NCBI GenBank assembly: GCA_046292385.1
Contig: JBKBRF010000034.1
Coordinates: 14,179-78,178, forward strand
Origin: Armatimonadota bacterium
GTDB taxonomy: Bacteria > Armatimonadota > SYMT01
Direction: 5' to 3'
DNA length: 64,000 nt
Shown here: piece by piece, positions 31,266 to 41,096 of the stretch
Numbering within the stretch: the stretch's first letter is position 1
Layout of the letters: every line of letters starts with the position of its first letter
Notes under the pieces: generated by a model
Told to the model about the DNA's origin: nothing
Seen by the model: only the letters and a program-made list of their open reading frames with translations
Databases searched by the model: none
Position numbers and translations under genes: made by a program

Positions 31266-32201
31266 ATGCTGAGTCGTGTTGCCAATGCGCTCTACTGGAT
31301 GTCGCGCTACCTGGAGCGCGCCGAGAACTCCGCCCGGTTCCTCTCCGTCACCCACGGGTACGCGCAGGAGATGCGGGGCATCTCCCGGCAGGCGGCCGAC
31401 GAGTGCTGGGCGGTCGCCCGGCGGATGTTCGCCCAGGAGCAGAGCGAAGGCGGCATGGAGTCGTTCCGGAGGCTCGCGTTCGACCACTCGCTCGACAACA
31501 GCCTGGTCAACTGCCTCACCCGGGCGCGGGAGAACGCCCGCGGCATCCGGGACGCTATCTCCAGCGAGCTCTGGGAGGAGCTGAACACGCTCTACCTCTA
31601 CGTGAGCCAGGAGGCGAACGACCGGCCGACGGAGGCGAGCGAGCTCTCCCTGCTCCACCGCGTCCGCACCACCTCCCACGTGATCCAGGGGCTTCGGGAC
31701 AACACGCTGCGCCACACCGACGAGTGGCACTTCATGCTGCTGGGGCAGAGCGTGGAGCGGGCCGACCAGACCGCCCGCCTGCTCTCCGCCATGTTCTCCC
31801 ATCCCGTGCTCGCCGCCGCGGATGCGGCCGGGCACAACATCGACACACTGCACCTGGTGGCGACGCTGCGGAGCTGCACCGCCCTGGAGACCTTCTCCCG
31901 CGCCGGCCACGCCCTCTCGGCAGAGAACGTGGCCGCCTTCCTGCTGCTGGACAACTACTTCCCGCGGTCGGTGGAGTTCTCGGCCCAGCAGGTAGTCCAC
32001 TCGCTCCACGCGCTGAGCGGGACCAGCCTGGAGCAGTACGGCAACGAAGCCGAGCAGGTCGCCGGCCGCCTCCTGAGCGAGCTTCGCTTCGCGGACATCA
32101 ACGAGATCCTGGAGATGGGTCTCAAAGGGTATGTCGACTCGGTGGCCGGCAAGATCGGGCAGATCGGGCTGGCGATCCGCCGCGTCTACTTCGAGATCTG
32201 A
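31266..32201 (+). CDS. Alpha-E domain protein
   Basis: MLSRVA..LYWMSRYLERAE, ARENAR, ERADQTAR, FPRS. Confidence 0.92.
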   Translation: MLSRVANALYWMSRYLERAENSARFLSVTHGYAQEMRGISRQAADECWAVARRMFAQEQSEGGMESFRRLAFDHSLDNSLVNCLTRARENARGIRDAISSELWEELNTLYLYVSQEANDRPTEASELSLLHRVRTTSHVIQGLRDNTLRHTDEWHFMLLGQSVERADQTARLLSAMFSHPVLAAADAAGHNIDTLHLVATLRSCTALETFSRAGHALSAENVAAFLLLDNYFPRSVEFSAQQVVHSLHALSGTSLEQYGNEAEQVAGRLLSELRFADINEILEMGLKGYVDSVAGKIGQIGLAIRRVYFEI

Positions 32202-32217
32202 AGGAACGGGAGAATCG

Positions 32218-33219
32218 ATGCTGCTGGAGTTGACCCACCAGACCGTCTTCGAATACAGCGAGCCGGTGAGCGTGAGCTACCTGGAGTTCCGCCAGACGCC
32301 GCTCACCGATAGCTCGCAGCACCTGCTGCAGCACCGGCAGCGGGTGGTCCCGCAGCGTCCCGTCCGGCAGTATGTCGACGCGCTCGGCAACACCGTCTCG
32401 CACCTCAACGTGCTGGAGCGGCAGACGCGGATCGAGGTCGCGTTCGACAGCCTGGTCCAGACCTACCCCACGCGCTACCGCGGCAAGCCGATCCCCCCGC
32501 CAGAGCGCGCCGGGCCGGCCGCCCGGATGGCGCTGCACGACTTCTTGCAGCCGACGGAGCTGACCCGTCCCTGCGAGCGCCTCTTCGAATTCGCGCGGCC
32601 GCTGGAGCCCCTCCGCAGGGCTCCGGTGGAGGCTGCGGTCGAGGAGATCCGCGCCGCGATCCACACCGGCTTCCGCTACGAGCCGGCGCTCACCACGGCG
32701 TCCTCCCCGATCCAGGAGTTCCTGGAGCACGGCGGCGGCGTCTGCCAGGACTACGCGCACCTGATGCTCACCGTCTGCCGCCACCTCGGCTTCGCCGCCC
32801 GCTACGTGAGCGGCTACGTGCTGCCGGACCCGGGGGAAGAGGACGCTCCCCAGGCGAGCCACGCCTGGTGCGAGGTGTTCGACCCGGACCGCGGCTGGCT
32901 GGGAGTCGACCCCACCCACAACGCCTGGGTGGAGGAGCGTTACGTGCGGCTGGGAGTGGGGCGCGACTTCCGCGATGTGCCGCCGAACCGGGGCGTCTTC
33001 CGCGGCGGCGGCACGGAGACGCTGCACGTGTTCGTCCGCCTCCGCCCGGTCAACCAGGAGGCGCTCTCCGAGCGCTCCCGCGCCGAGTACCTGCCGGAGC
33101 GGCCGGTCGCCCCGAGCGGGCCCTCCGGCGGCTCCCGAAAGGCGCCCACGCTGACGCTGCTGCAGCAGGCGCAGATCATGCACCAACAGCAGCAGCAGCA
33201 ACAGCAAACCAGCAAGTAG
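32218..33219 (+). CDS. Transglutaminase-like protein with a C-terminal poly-Gln tail
   Basis: GVCQDYAH, ARYVSGY, SHAWCEV, DPT, GRDF.DVPP.RG; tail QQAQIMHQQQQQQQQTSK. Confidence 0.92.
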   Translation: MLLELTHQTVFEYSEPVSVSYLEFRQTPLTDSSQHLLQHRQRVVPQRPVRQYVDALGNTVSHLNVLERQTRIEVAFDSLVQTYPTRYRGKPIPPPERAGPAARMALHDFLQPTELTRPCERLFEFARPLEPLRRAPVEAAVEEIRAAIHTGFRYEPALTTASSPIQEFLEHGGGVCQDYAHLMLTVCRHLGFAARYVSGYVLPDPGEEDAPQASHAWCEVFDPDRGWLGVDPTHNAWVEERYVRLGVGRDFRDVPPNRGVFRGGGTETLHVFVRLRPVNQEALSERSRAEYLPERPVAPSGPSGGSRKAPTLTLLQQAQIMHQQQQQQQQTSK

Positions 33220-33703
33220 GCGCCTGCTCCCTGCGCCAGGCTCAGGACCAGGGCAAGCAACCTCCCCGTGCTCCCAAGTTACCGGTACCGCGTCTTGCCG
33301 GCAGCAGCATGGAGAAGATGTTGGCGGCAGGCACGATCGACGTGGGGATAGGGCGCTGCAGCTCACCGTCAGCGTCGGCATAGCCGGCGTTGAGAGCGAC
33401 GTTCTCTCCCTGGATGAGGCGTTCCGTCGAGCCCACACTGCGGTCCAACTCCCCGATAGAGACGGTGCGTTCGGGTGGAGTAGTGCGGGTCCGACACTGG
33501 GGCTCCACACGGTCCGCCCACTGTGCCTCTTCCGGCAGCGGCAGCGGCAGCGGTATGGAACGTTTATCCGGCGGATGATTGCGGCAATGAGCGCTCTGAA
33601 CGCGCCCGGCGCCCCAATCTCCCACCCGGGAATGCCCTCCAGCGCGTTCAGAGCACTGCCGGCTCGGGTTGGCGCCTCCCGAGCCTCTGGAATGGAGACT
33701 GTG

Positions 33704-35875
33704 ATGGCATCCCGCGACCGCGTGGACGAGCAGAGCAAGAATGAAGCCCTGGAGCCATTCCGCGAGGAGCCGGAAGGCACCTATCTGACTACGAGCCAGG
33801 GAGTACGGATCACCCACACCGACGACTCCCTGAAAGCGGGCGGGCGGGGACCAACGCTCATGGAAGACTTCCACTTCCGTGAGAAGATGACCCACTTCGA
33901 CCACGAACGGATCCCGGAGCGGGTGGTGCACGCCCGCGGCTCCGCGGCGCACGGCTACTTTCAGGTCTACGAGCCGCTGACGGAGTACACGAAGGCGAAG
34001 GTGTTCCAGGACCCGTCCGTGAAGACCCCGGTCTTCGTGCGCTTCTCGACGGTGGTCGGGTTCCGCGGCTCGGCAGACACCGTGCGCGACGTGCGGGGCT
34101 TCGCGACCAAGTTCTACACCGAAGACGGCAACTGGGACCTGGTCGGCAACAACATGCCGGTCTTCTTCATCCAGGACGGCATCAAGTTTCCGGACCTGGT
34201 CCACGCCATCAAGCCGCAGCCGCACCACGAGATGCCGCAGGCTTCCGCCGCGCACGACAACTTCTGGGACTTCATCTCGTTGATGCCGGAGGCGGTCCAC
34301 ATGATCATGTGGGTCTTCTCCGACCGGGCGCTGCCGCGCAGCTACGCAATGATGGAAGGCTTCGGAGTCCACACCTTCCGGCTGATCAACGAGCAGGGGA
34401 AGGCCCGGCTCGTCAAATTCCACTGGCGGCCGGTGCTCGGCGTCCACTCTCTGGTCTGGGACGAGACCCAGAAGATCGCCGGCAAAGATCCCGACTTCAA
34501 CCGCCGTGACCTCTGGGAGCGGATCGAGATGGGCGACTACCCGGAGTTCGAGTTGGGCCTTCAGATCGTGGAGGAGGCGGACGAGCACAAGTTCGACTTC
34601 GATCTCCTCGATCCCACGAAGATCATCCCGGAAGAGGAAGTGCCGGTAAAGATCGTCGGGAAGATGGTGCTCAACCGCAACCCGGACAACTTCTTCGCGG
34701 AGACGGAGCAAGCGGCGTTCCATCCCGGCCACGTGGTGCCGGGAATCGACTTCACCAACGATCCGCTGCTGCAGGCGCGGCTCTTCTCCTACCTGGACAC
34801 GCAGCTCATCCGGCTGGGCGGCCCGAACTTCGCGGAACTGCCGATCAACCGGCCGGTGGTGGAGGTCCATAACAACCAGCGGGACGGTTACGGCCGGCAG
34901 ACGATCAACAAGGGCCCAGTGAACTACTTCCCCAACTCCCGCGGCGGCGGCTGCCCCATGCTTGCCCCGGAGAGCATGGGGGGCTACGCCCATTACATGG
35001 AGAAGGTCGAGGGCCGTAAGGTCCGCGAGCGGAGCGACAGCTTCAAGGACCACTTCAGCCAGGCGACCCTCTTCTGGAACAGCATGTCCGCCCCGGAGAA
35101 GCAGCGGATCATCGAAGCAGCGCACTTTGAGTGGGGCAAGGTGGAGGACAAAGAGATCCGCAAGCGCCTGGTCGATCTCTTTAACCACGTCGACCACGAG
35201 ATGGCGAAGCAGATGGCCGCCAGCGTCGGCGTGGAGCCACCGGCGAAGCCGGCGCGGGAGAACCACGGCAAGGCCTCTCCGGCGCTGAGTATGGAAACGA
35301 CGCCGAAATCGCCGAAGACACGCAAGGTGGCGATCCTGGCGATGGACGGCTTCGACCACTCGCACTTGAGTGAGATGAGGCAGGCGCTTGCGGCCGCGGG
35401 GGTCCAATCGAAAGTCGTCTCCCAGCTCGGCGGCACGATCAAGAGCGCAGAGGGGCAGGAAATACAAGTCGACAAGACGTTTGTCACCACCGCCTCCGTC
35501 CTGTTCGACGCGGTCTACGTACCCGGCGGCGAGCAGAGCGCGCGCGCCCTGCGGAGCATGGGCGACGCGGTCCACTTCGTTAGCGAGGCGTTCCGACACT
35601 GCAAGCCGGTCGCCGCCACCGGCGAGGGGGTCGATCTGCTGGCAGCGTCCCGCCTGGCCGGGGTTTCGCTGGCGGGCGACGATGGCAATCTTACCTGCGA
35701 CCACGGCGTTGTGACCTGGCGGGAGAAGGCCGGAGATACCTCGCTCGTGGAGAAGGTGAAGGACGCCGTCGGTCTCTCAGGCGACGGAGTTGCGGAGGCG
35801 GCGACCGCCTTTGTTGCGGCGATTGCCGCCCACCGCCACTGGGACCGAGTCCAGAAGGAGCAGGTCCCGGCTTGA
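33704..35875 (+). CDS. katE: Large-subunit monofunctional catalase HPII
   Basis: [42 protein letters not shown]-terminal DJ-1-like domain. Confidence 0.95.
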   Translation: MASRDRVDEQSKNEALEPFREEPEGTYLTTSQGVRITHTDDSLKAGGRGPTLMEDFHFREKMTHFDHERIPERVVHARGSAAHGYFQVYEPLTEYTKAKVFQDPSVKTPVFVRFSTVVGFRGSADTVRDVRGFATKFYTEDGNWDLVGNNMPVFFIQDGIKFPDLVHAIKPQPHHEMPQASAAHDNFWDFISLMPEAVHMIMWVFSDRALPRSYAMMEGFGVHTFRLINEQGKARLVKFHWRPVLGVHSLVWDETQKIAGKDPDFNRRDLWERIEMGDYPEFELGLQIVEEADEHKFDFDLLDPTKIIPEEEVPVKIVGKMVLNRNPDNFFAETEQAAFHPGHVVPGIDFTNDPLLQARLFSYLDTQLIRLGGPNFAELPINRPVVEVHNNQRDGYGRQTINKGPVNYFPNSRGGGCPMLAPESMGGYAHYMEKVEGRKVRERSDSFKDHFSQATLFWNSMSAPEKQRIIEAAHFEWGKVEDKEIRKRLVDLFNHVDHEMAKQMAASVGVEPPAKPARENHGKASPALSMETTPKSPKTRKVAILAMDGFDHSHLSEMRQALAAAGVQSKVVSQLGGTIKSAEGQEIQVDKTFVTTASVLFDAVYVPGGEQSARALRSMGDAVHFVSEAFRHCKPVAATGEGVDLLAASRLAGVSLAGDDGNLTCDHGVVTWREKAGDTSLVEKVKDAVGLSGDGVAEAATAFVAAIAAHRHWDRVQKEQVPA

Positions 35876-35912
35876 TGCAACCCGGGCGGAAGCCGCCGCC
35901 CACCAAACCCCT

Positions 35913-35950
35913 GGGAGCCCGTGGGCGGAAACCGCCGCCCACGGGCTCCC
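35913..35950 (+). terminator. Perfect 16-bp hairpin after katE, preceded by a partial copy
   Basis: gggagcccgtgggcgg-aaaccg-ccgcccacgggctccc; a related gggcggaagccgccgcccac lies at ~35884. Confidence 0.5.
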
Positions 35951-35964
35951 GATGGAGGCGAAGC

Positions 35965-36510
35965 ATGCAACACCGAACCGCACGCTGGCTCTCGCTGCTG
36001 CTGGCGCCTTGCCTGGCACTGGCGCTCCTGGTCGGCTGCGCGGGAGACGACACTGCGACGACCGGCAATGGGCCAGACACCGCCGCGAACGTTCCGGCCA
36101 ATACGCCGGAAGCGACCATGAACGGCACGGGGGAGACCCGTGAGATCCAGGTGGTGGCGGAAGACATGCGGTACGACCCAAGCGAGATCACGGTGCAGCC
36201 CGGCGAACAGGTCCGGGTAACGCTGACCAACCGGGGGAACTCGCCGCACAACATCGAGTTCGAGCTGCCTTCCGGCGAAGTCGAATTCGAAGAGGACCTC
36301 CCGCCCGGGGAGACCCGGAGCCTCGACTTCCAGGCGCCGCGGGAGCCGGGCCGCTACACCGTCTACTGCCCGGTTGGGAACCACCGTGAGCTAGGGATGA
36401 CCGGTACGTTGATCGTGGAAGCCGAAGGCACCGGGGCCTCCAGCGGCATGGAAGGGACGGAAGGCACTACCGGAAGCGGGGCCGGGAACATGCCTGGCAA
36501 CAGCCCCTGA
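35965..36510 (+). CDS. Cupredoxin-domain lipoprotein
   Basis: Lipobox LVGC; PHN and YCPVGNHRELGM type-1 Cu ligands. Confidence 0.85.
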   Translation: MQHRTARWLSLLLAPCLALALLVGCAGDDTATTGNGPDTAANVPANTPEATMNGTGETREIQVVAEDMRYDPSEITVQPGEQVRVTLTNRGNSPHNIEFELPSGEVEFEEDLPPGETRSLDFQAPREPGRYTVYCPVGNHRELGMTGTLIVEAEGTGASSGMEGTEGTTGSGAGNMPGNSP

Positions 36511-36725
36511 GCCGGTGCGCCTTGGGGCGCGGGTGCGAGAAACGTCCCCGTGCCCCACTCCATCCACTCGCCCGGCCCAGCTCGCGGACCAGGCGGACGC
36601 GCAGCTCCACCCCACCCGCTCGTCGCTCCACGCGGGCGGGAGGCCGGCAGCCGCACGGCGGTTTCATTCCCCTTAAATGGGGAGAGACCTACCGAGAGGA
36701 CGCAGCGCAGACTGGAGGATGAGCC

Positions 36726-38039
36726 ATGCCGGCACGAGGGGGCCAGCCCACGCAGAAGCCCGATCCGAGGGAGATCTTCCCGACCTTCTTCATGGCCGGG
36801 TTCGAGTGCTCTACCTTCATCTGGAAAGACGAGGGCCGGAAGGACTACGTCGCGATTACGGGGCACGACCGCCACCTCCGGGAGGACTACCGCCGCCTGC
36901 TGGAGCTCGGGATCGGCGTGGCGCGGGAGGCGGTCCGCTGGCCGATGATCGACCGGGGCGGCGGGAAGTACGACTGGAGCTATCTCGACCCGTTCCTGGA
37001 AGCGGCCGAGGAGTTTCACGTCACGCCGATCTGGGATCTCTGTCACTACGGCTTTCCGGACGGCTGCGACCCCTTCTCGGACGACTGCGTGCGCCGCTTC
37101 GAGGACTACTGCCGCGCGGTGACGGAGCGGGTACTGACCCACGGCACCGGCACGCGCTTCTTCACCCCCGTCAATGAGATCAGCTTCTTCTCCGGCGCCG
37201 GCACCGACATGGGCTGGATGTACCCGTTTGCCAGGGGCCGCTACCAGGAGCTCAAGCGCGCGCTCTGCCGGCTCGACATCGCCGGGGTGAAGGCGATCCG
37301 GGAAGTCTGTCCGGAGGCGCGGATGGTCCACGTCGACCCGATCATCCACCACGCGCCGCCGGAGGACCGCCCGGATCTCTCTGACGAGGCGTACCACAAG
37401 GCCTACGACGAGGCCTACGAGGCGTGGGACATCCTCTACGGCGGCCTCTATCCCGAGTTGGGGGGCGCGCCGGAGATCCTCGACATCGTCGGCGTGAACG
37501 TCTACCACTTCAGCCAGGCCGAGCAGGACGCCAGGGGCAACCGTGAGATCCTCGCGCCTCGCGATCCACGCCGCAAGCCGCTGAGTGAGCTGCTGCTCTA
37601 CGCCTGGGAGCGGTACCGGCGCCCGATCATCATCGGCGAGACGAGCGGCTACCAGGACCGCCGCGCCGAGTGGCTGCGGATGACGATGGAGGAGAGCTTC
37701 AAAGCGCTGAACGGCGGGGTCGACCTCCACGGCGTCTGCCTCTATCCGTGCGTCGATATCCCGGACTGGAACACCGGCGAGTGGGCCCAGATCGGCCTGT
37801 TCGACGTGACGGACCGGGACACGCTGGAGCGGTGCCCGTGTGACCCGTACATCGAGGAGCTGCGCCGCTGGCAGCAGCTCCTGAGCCACCCGGAGCAGGT
37901 CGATCCGGAGACCCTGCGCCACTGCGATGCCCGCGTGGAGCTGGATGAGGTGCACCGACACGCCAGCGAGTGGGAGGAAGAGGACCCGGAGCACCGCGCC
38001 GTCACCAGCGCGCCGCCGCAGGCGCCGATGGGGAAGTGA
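36726..38039 (+). CDS. Clan GH-A (GH1-like) glycoside hydrolase-fold protein
   Basis: FMAGFECS, WDLCHYG.P, PVNEISF (acid/base), IGETS (nucleophile), GVCLYP. Confidence 0.75.
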   Translation: MPARGGQPTQKPDPREIFPTFFMAGFECSTFIWKDEGRKDYVAITGHDRHLREDYRRLLELGIGVAREAVRWPMIDRGGGKYDWSYLDPFLEAAEEFHVTPIWDLCHYGFPDGCDPFSDDCVRRFEDYCRAVTERVLTHGTGTRFFTPVNEISFFSGAGTDMGWMYPFARGRYQELKRALCRLDIAGVKAIREVCPEARMVHVDPIIHHAPPEDRPDLSDEAYHKAYDEAYEAWDILYGGLYPELGGAPEILDIVGVNVYHFSQAEQDARGNREILAPRDPRRKPLSELLLYAWERYRRPIIIGETSGYQDRRAEWLRMTMEESFKALNGGVDLHGVCLYPCVDIPDWNTGEWAQIGLFDVTDRDTLERCPCDPYIEELRRWQQLLSHPEQVDPETLRHCDARVELDEVHRHASEWEEEDPEHRAVTSAPPQAPMGK

Positions 38040-38041
38040 CC

Positions 38042-39148
38042 ATGGGGGGCTGGGAGCTCGCCGGGGCGTTCGACGCCGGCCACATCCGCGGCTGGACTCC
38101 GGGCTGGGAGCAGGAGCTCGACTTCCACCAGCTCGAGATGACCGGCCATGCGGAGCAGCTCGAAGCGGACTACCGCCTCTTCCGCGAGGAGTTCGGGCTT
38201 CGCCGCTTCCGGGACGGCGCCTGGCTCGCCCGCACCTGGCCGGAGCCCTCCCGGTTCGACTGGGACTACCTCGACCGCCTCGCGGCGGCGAGCCTCGGAG
38301 AGGTGACGCTCTCTCTCTGTCACTATGAGTGGCTCCCCTGGATCGAAGAAGAAGACCTCTGGAACGGCCGGGCGGTGGAGCTGATGTCCGATTTCGCCGG
38401 ACGGGTGGCGGAGCGGTACCGCGGCTGCTTCGACGCCTACATCCCGGTGGTGGAGAGCGGCTACTGGACCGCGATGATGACCGACTGGAACCGCTGGTGG
38501 CCGGCGGGAAAGGACCGGCCCCGCCGCCGCTGGTGGGAGCTGTACGGGGTGGTGGGCCGGATGCTAACCGGGATGGCGCTGGCGATCCGGGCCGCCGATC
38601 CCGCGGCCCGGATCGCGCTCTCCGAGCCGTGGGCCTGGCACCCGGACCTGAGCCTGCCCGAACAGGGACGACCCTTCAACACCCTGCTGGGCCGGCCCGA
38701 CCCCGCGGCCGAGCATGAGCTCGGAACCGACCAGTTGGGCGGCGACCCGTCGCTCCTGCAAGTGGTGGGGCTCAACTTCTACAACAACTGGGGCGAGGAG
38801 CAGGACTGGCCGCTCCACCGCCTGCTCCTGGAGGCGCGGCGCCAGTTCCCGGAGCAGGAGATCGTGATGGGGGAGACCGGGAACTGCCACTTCTCCCACT
38901 GCTTTACCACGGAAGGCTGGCTGCGCCTGCTCGACGAGCAGGTCCGTCTGGCCAACGAGCAGGGCGCGCGGATCAGCGCCGTCACCTGGGCGCCGATCCT
39001 GACGCTCGGCGATTTCGATTGGGGCCGGCCCGCCCCCGGCGCCTGGGTGACCTGGGACCCGGACGATCCCGCGCGGAAGCGGCACTGGGATCCGGAGGTC
39101 GCCGCCGCGGTTCGACGCTACACCGGTTCAGCGGTATCCTCAGCATAG
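38042..39148 (+). CDS. Second, divergent GH-A-fold protein
   Basis: TGH..L..DY, FDW.YLD, LCHY, VGLNFY, MGETG. Confidence 0.65.
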   Translation: MGGWELAGAFDAGHIRGWTPGWEQELDFHQLEMTGHAEQLEADYRLFREEFGLRRFRDGAWLARTWPEPSRFDWDYLDRLAAASLGEVTLSLCHYEWLPWIEEEDLWNGRAVELMSDFAGRVAERYRGCFDAYIPVVESGYWTAMMTDWNRWWPAGKDRPRRRWWELYGVVGRMLTGMALAIRAADPAARIALSEPWAWHPDLSLPEQGRPFNTLLGRPDPAAEHELGTDQLGGDPSLLQVVGLNFYNNWGEEQDWPLHRLLLEARRQFPEQEIVMGETGNCHFSHCFTTEGWLRLLDEQVRLANEQGARISAVTWAPILTLGDFDWGRPAPGAWVTWDPDDPARKRHWDPEVAAAVRRYTGSAVSSA

Positions 39149-39403
39149 ACCCTCCGTGCTGCGGAAGCTCAACCTGCTTCCGAGAAACCGCCAGTGGGCC
39201 TGGTTGTCTATCCTGTCTGAGGGTGTGCCCAGATACCGCTGATGTGTTGGAGTGGGAGCAAGGGAAAATGGGGGAGTCGGAGAGCCGCTCCCGTAAGCAG
39301 CTTCCCAAGCTCGCCCTCTCGCCCACTCTCCCTTGCCAGATCCACCTATAGATCCCGGTCTGACGGAGTATTCGGCGGCCCTCTCTCCGCCCGCGCCATT
39401 CTC

Positions 39404-41083
39404 ATGAGAAGCCTGTCTCCCTGGTCCCTTCCCCACGCCGGCCGACGCGCCTGGCTGGCGCTCGGCATCGCCGCGCTGTCGATCTCGGTGGTCGTCCCCG
39501 CCCGCTCCCAGGACCCGCCTCCGCCCGCCGCGGCCGCGGCGGAGATGACGCGGACTATCGACTCCCTGGTGGAGAAGCGGTGGAAAGAGAGCGGAGTCAC
39601 CCCGACCCCCGGGGTGGACGACGCCGGCTTCGCCCGCCGGGTCTACCTGGATCTCGCGGGGCGGATCCCGACGCCGGTGGAGCTGGCGGCCTTCGTTGCC
39701 GACACCTCCACCGGAAAGCGCGCGGCGCTGGTCGATAAGCTCCTCGCCAGCCCGGAGTACGCCGAGCACCTGCGCGACATCTTCGACGTCGTCTTCATGG
39801 GCCGCGGAGAGGGCGCCCAGCCCCGGCGGCGACGGGGCGGCGGAGAGGTGCAGAACGCGCGGGCGCAGTGGCTGGACTACCTGGAGCAGTCGTTCGCGCA
39901 GAACCGGCCGTGGAGTCAGGTGGTGAGCGACCTGCTGCTGGCGCGTCCCGCGGGCGATGCGGAGCGCGGCGCGGTCTGGTTCCTCTACGCGCGCCAGGAG
40001 AAGTTCCAGGACATTGCGGAGGCGATCTCGCCCGCCGTCTTCGGCCTTCAGATCCAGTGTGCCCAGTGCCACGACCACCCGATTGCGCCGGAGATCAAGC
40101 AGGCGCACTACTGGGGACTGGTGGCGTTCTTCAACCGCAGCAAGAACCAGAACACCCCGCAGGGGCCCCGCGTCGCCGAGTCGGCGATCGGCGGCTTCTC
40201 CCAGTTCGCCACGCTCTTTGGGGAAAGCAAGCCGGCGCAGTTGACCTTCCTCGGGACCGACCCGCTGCCGGAGGACCGGCCCGCGCCGGACGTGAAGGAG
40301 ATGGACTCTCCCGAGCTGTACCGACCGAAGCCGGAGACCGCTCCGAAGGAAGAGCCGCCGGTGCCGAAGTTCTCCCGCCGGGAGCTGTTCGTGGAGCGGG
40401 TGGTGCAGGGCAACCCGCTCGTCGCCCGCGCCGCCGTCAACCGGTTCTGGGCGCTGTTGATGGGCCGCGGGCTGGTACACCCGGTCGACAAGATGGACTC
40501 GGTCCACAAGCCATCCCACCCGGAGCTGCTCGACTGGCTCGCCGCCGACTTCGAGAAGAGCGGCTACGACGTGAAGCGGCTGGTCCGCTCCATCGTGCTC
40601 TCCAGACCATACCAGCTACAGGCAAAGGCGACGGGGACGGTGCAGCCGGACCTCTTCGCCTACGGCGTGGAGAAGCCGCTGACGGCGGAGATGCTCTACC
40701 GTTCGCTGATGGTCGCCACCAGCGGCAACACCGAGGCCGATAACGGCGAGCTGCTCCAGTCGCTGGTGAAGGTGTTTCCGGACGTCTTTGCGGAGGAGAA
40801 CATCGCCACCCTGCGGCAGGCGATGTTCCTGACGAACAACCCGACGATCCAGAAGCTGGTCCAGCCTCACAGCGGCAGCACCGCGGAAAAGCTGGCGGCG
40901 ATCGCCGATCCGGCCCAGCGGGTGAAGGAGGCGTTCCGCATCGCGTACGCACGAGAGCCGGACGCGGAGGAGCTGAAGCAGGCGACGGCCTACCTCCAGG
41001 CTCGCGCGGACCGCCCGAAGGAAGCGACCTCCCAGCTCTGGTGGGCGCTCCTCACCGGCGCCGAGTTCCGGTTCAACCACTAG
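39404..41083 (+). CDS. DUF1549/DUF1553 domain exported protein
   Basis: Signal peptide, RRVYLDLAGRIPT, CAQCHDHP, ARAAVNRFW..LMGRGLV.PVD, PSHPELLDWLA. Confidence 0.9.
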   Translation: MRSLSPWSLPHAGRRAWLALGIAALSISVVVPARSQDPPPPAAAAAEMTRTIDSLVEKRWKESGVTPTPGVDDAGFARRVYLDLAGRIPTPVELAAFVADTSTGKRAALVDKLLASPEYAEHLRDIFDVVFMGRGEGAQPRRRRGGGEVQNARAQWLDYLEQSFAQNRPWSQVVSDLLLARPAGDAERGAVWFLYARQEKFQDIAEAISPAVFGLQIQCAQCHDHPIAPEIKQAHYWGLVAFFNRSKNQNTPQGPRVAESAIGGFSQFATLFGESKPAQLTFLGTDPLPEDRPAPDVKEMDSPELYRPKPETAPKEEPPVPKFSRRELFVERVVQGNPLVARAAVNRFWALLMGRGLVHPVDKMDSVHKPSHPELLDWLAADFEKSGYDVKRLVRSIVLSRPYQLQAKATGTVQPDLFAYGVEKPLTAEMLYRSLMVATSGNTEADNGELLQSLVKVFPDVFAEENIATLRQAMFLTNNPTIQKLVQPHSGSTAEKLAAIADPAQRVKEAFRIAYAREPDAEELKQATAYLQARADRPKEATSQLWWALLTGAEFRFNH

Positions 41084-41096
41084 GGATACGAGAACG

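Noticed and set aside
33242..33600. Possible small gene or remnant between the transglutaminase and katE
   Set aside because: No convincing start, RBS or recognisable motif on either strand.
33242..35704. 820-aa minus-strand ORF
   Set aside because: Antisense shadow of katE; long shadow ORFs are expected at this GC content.
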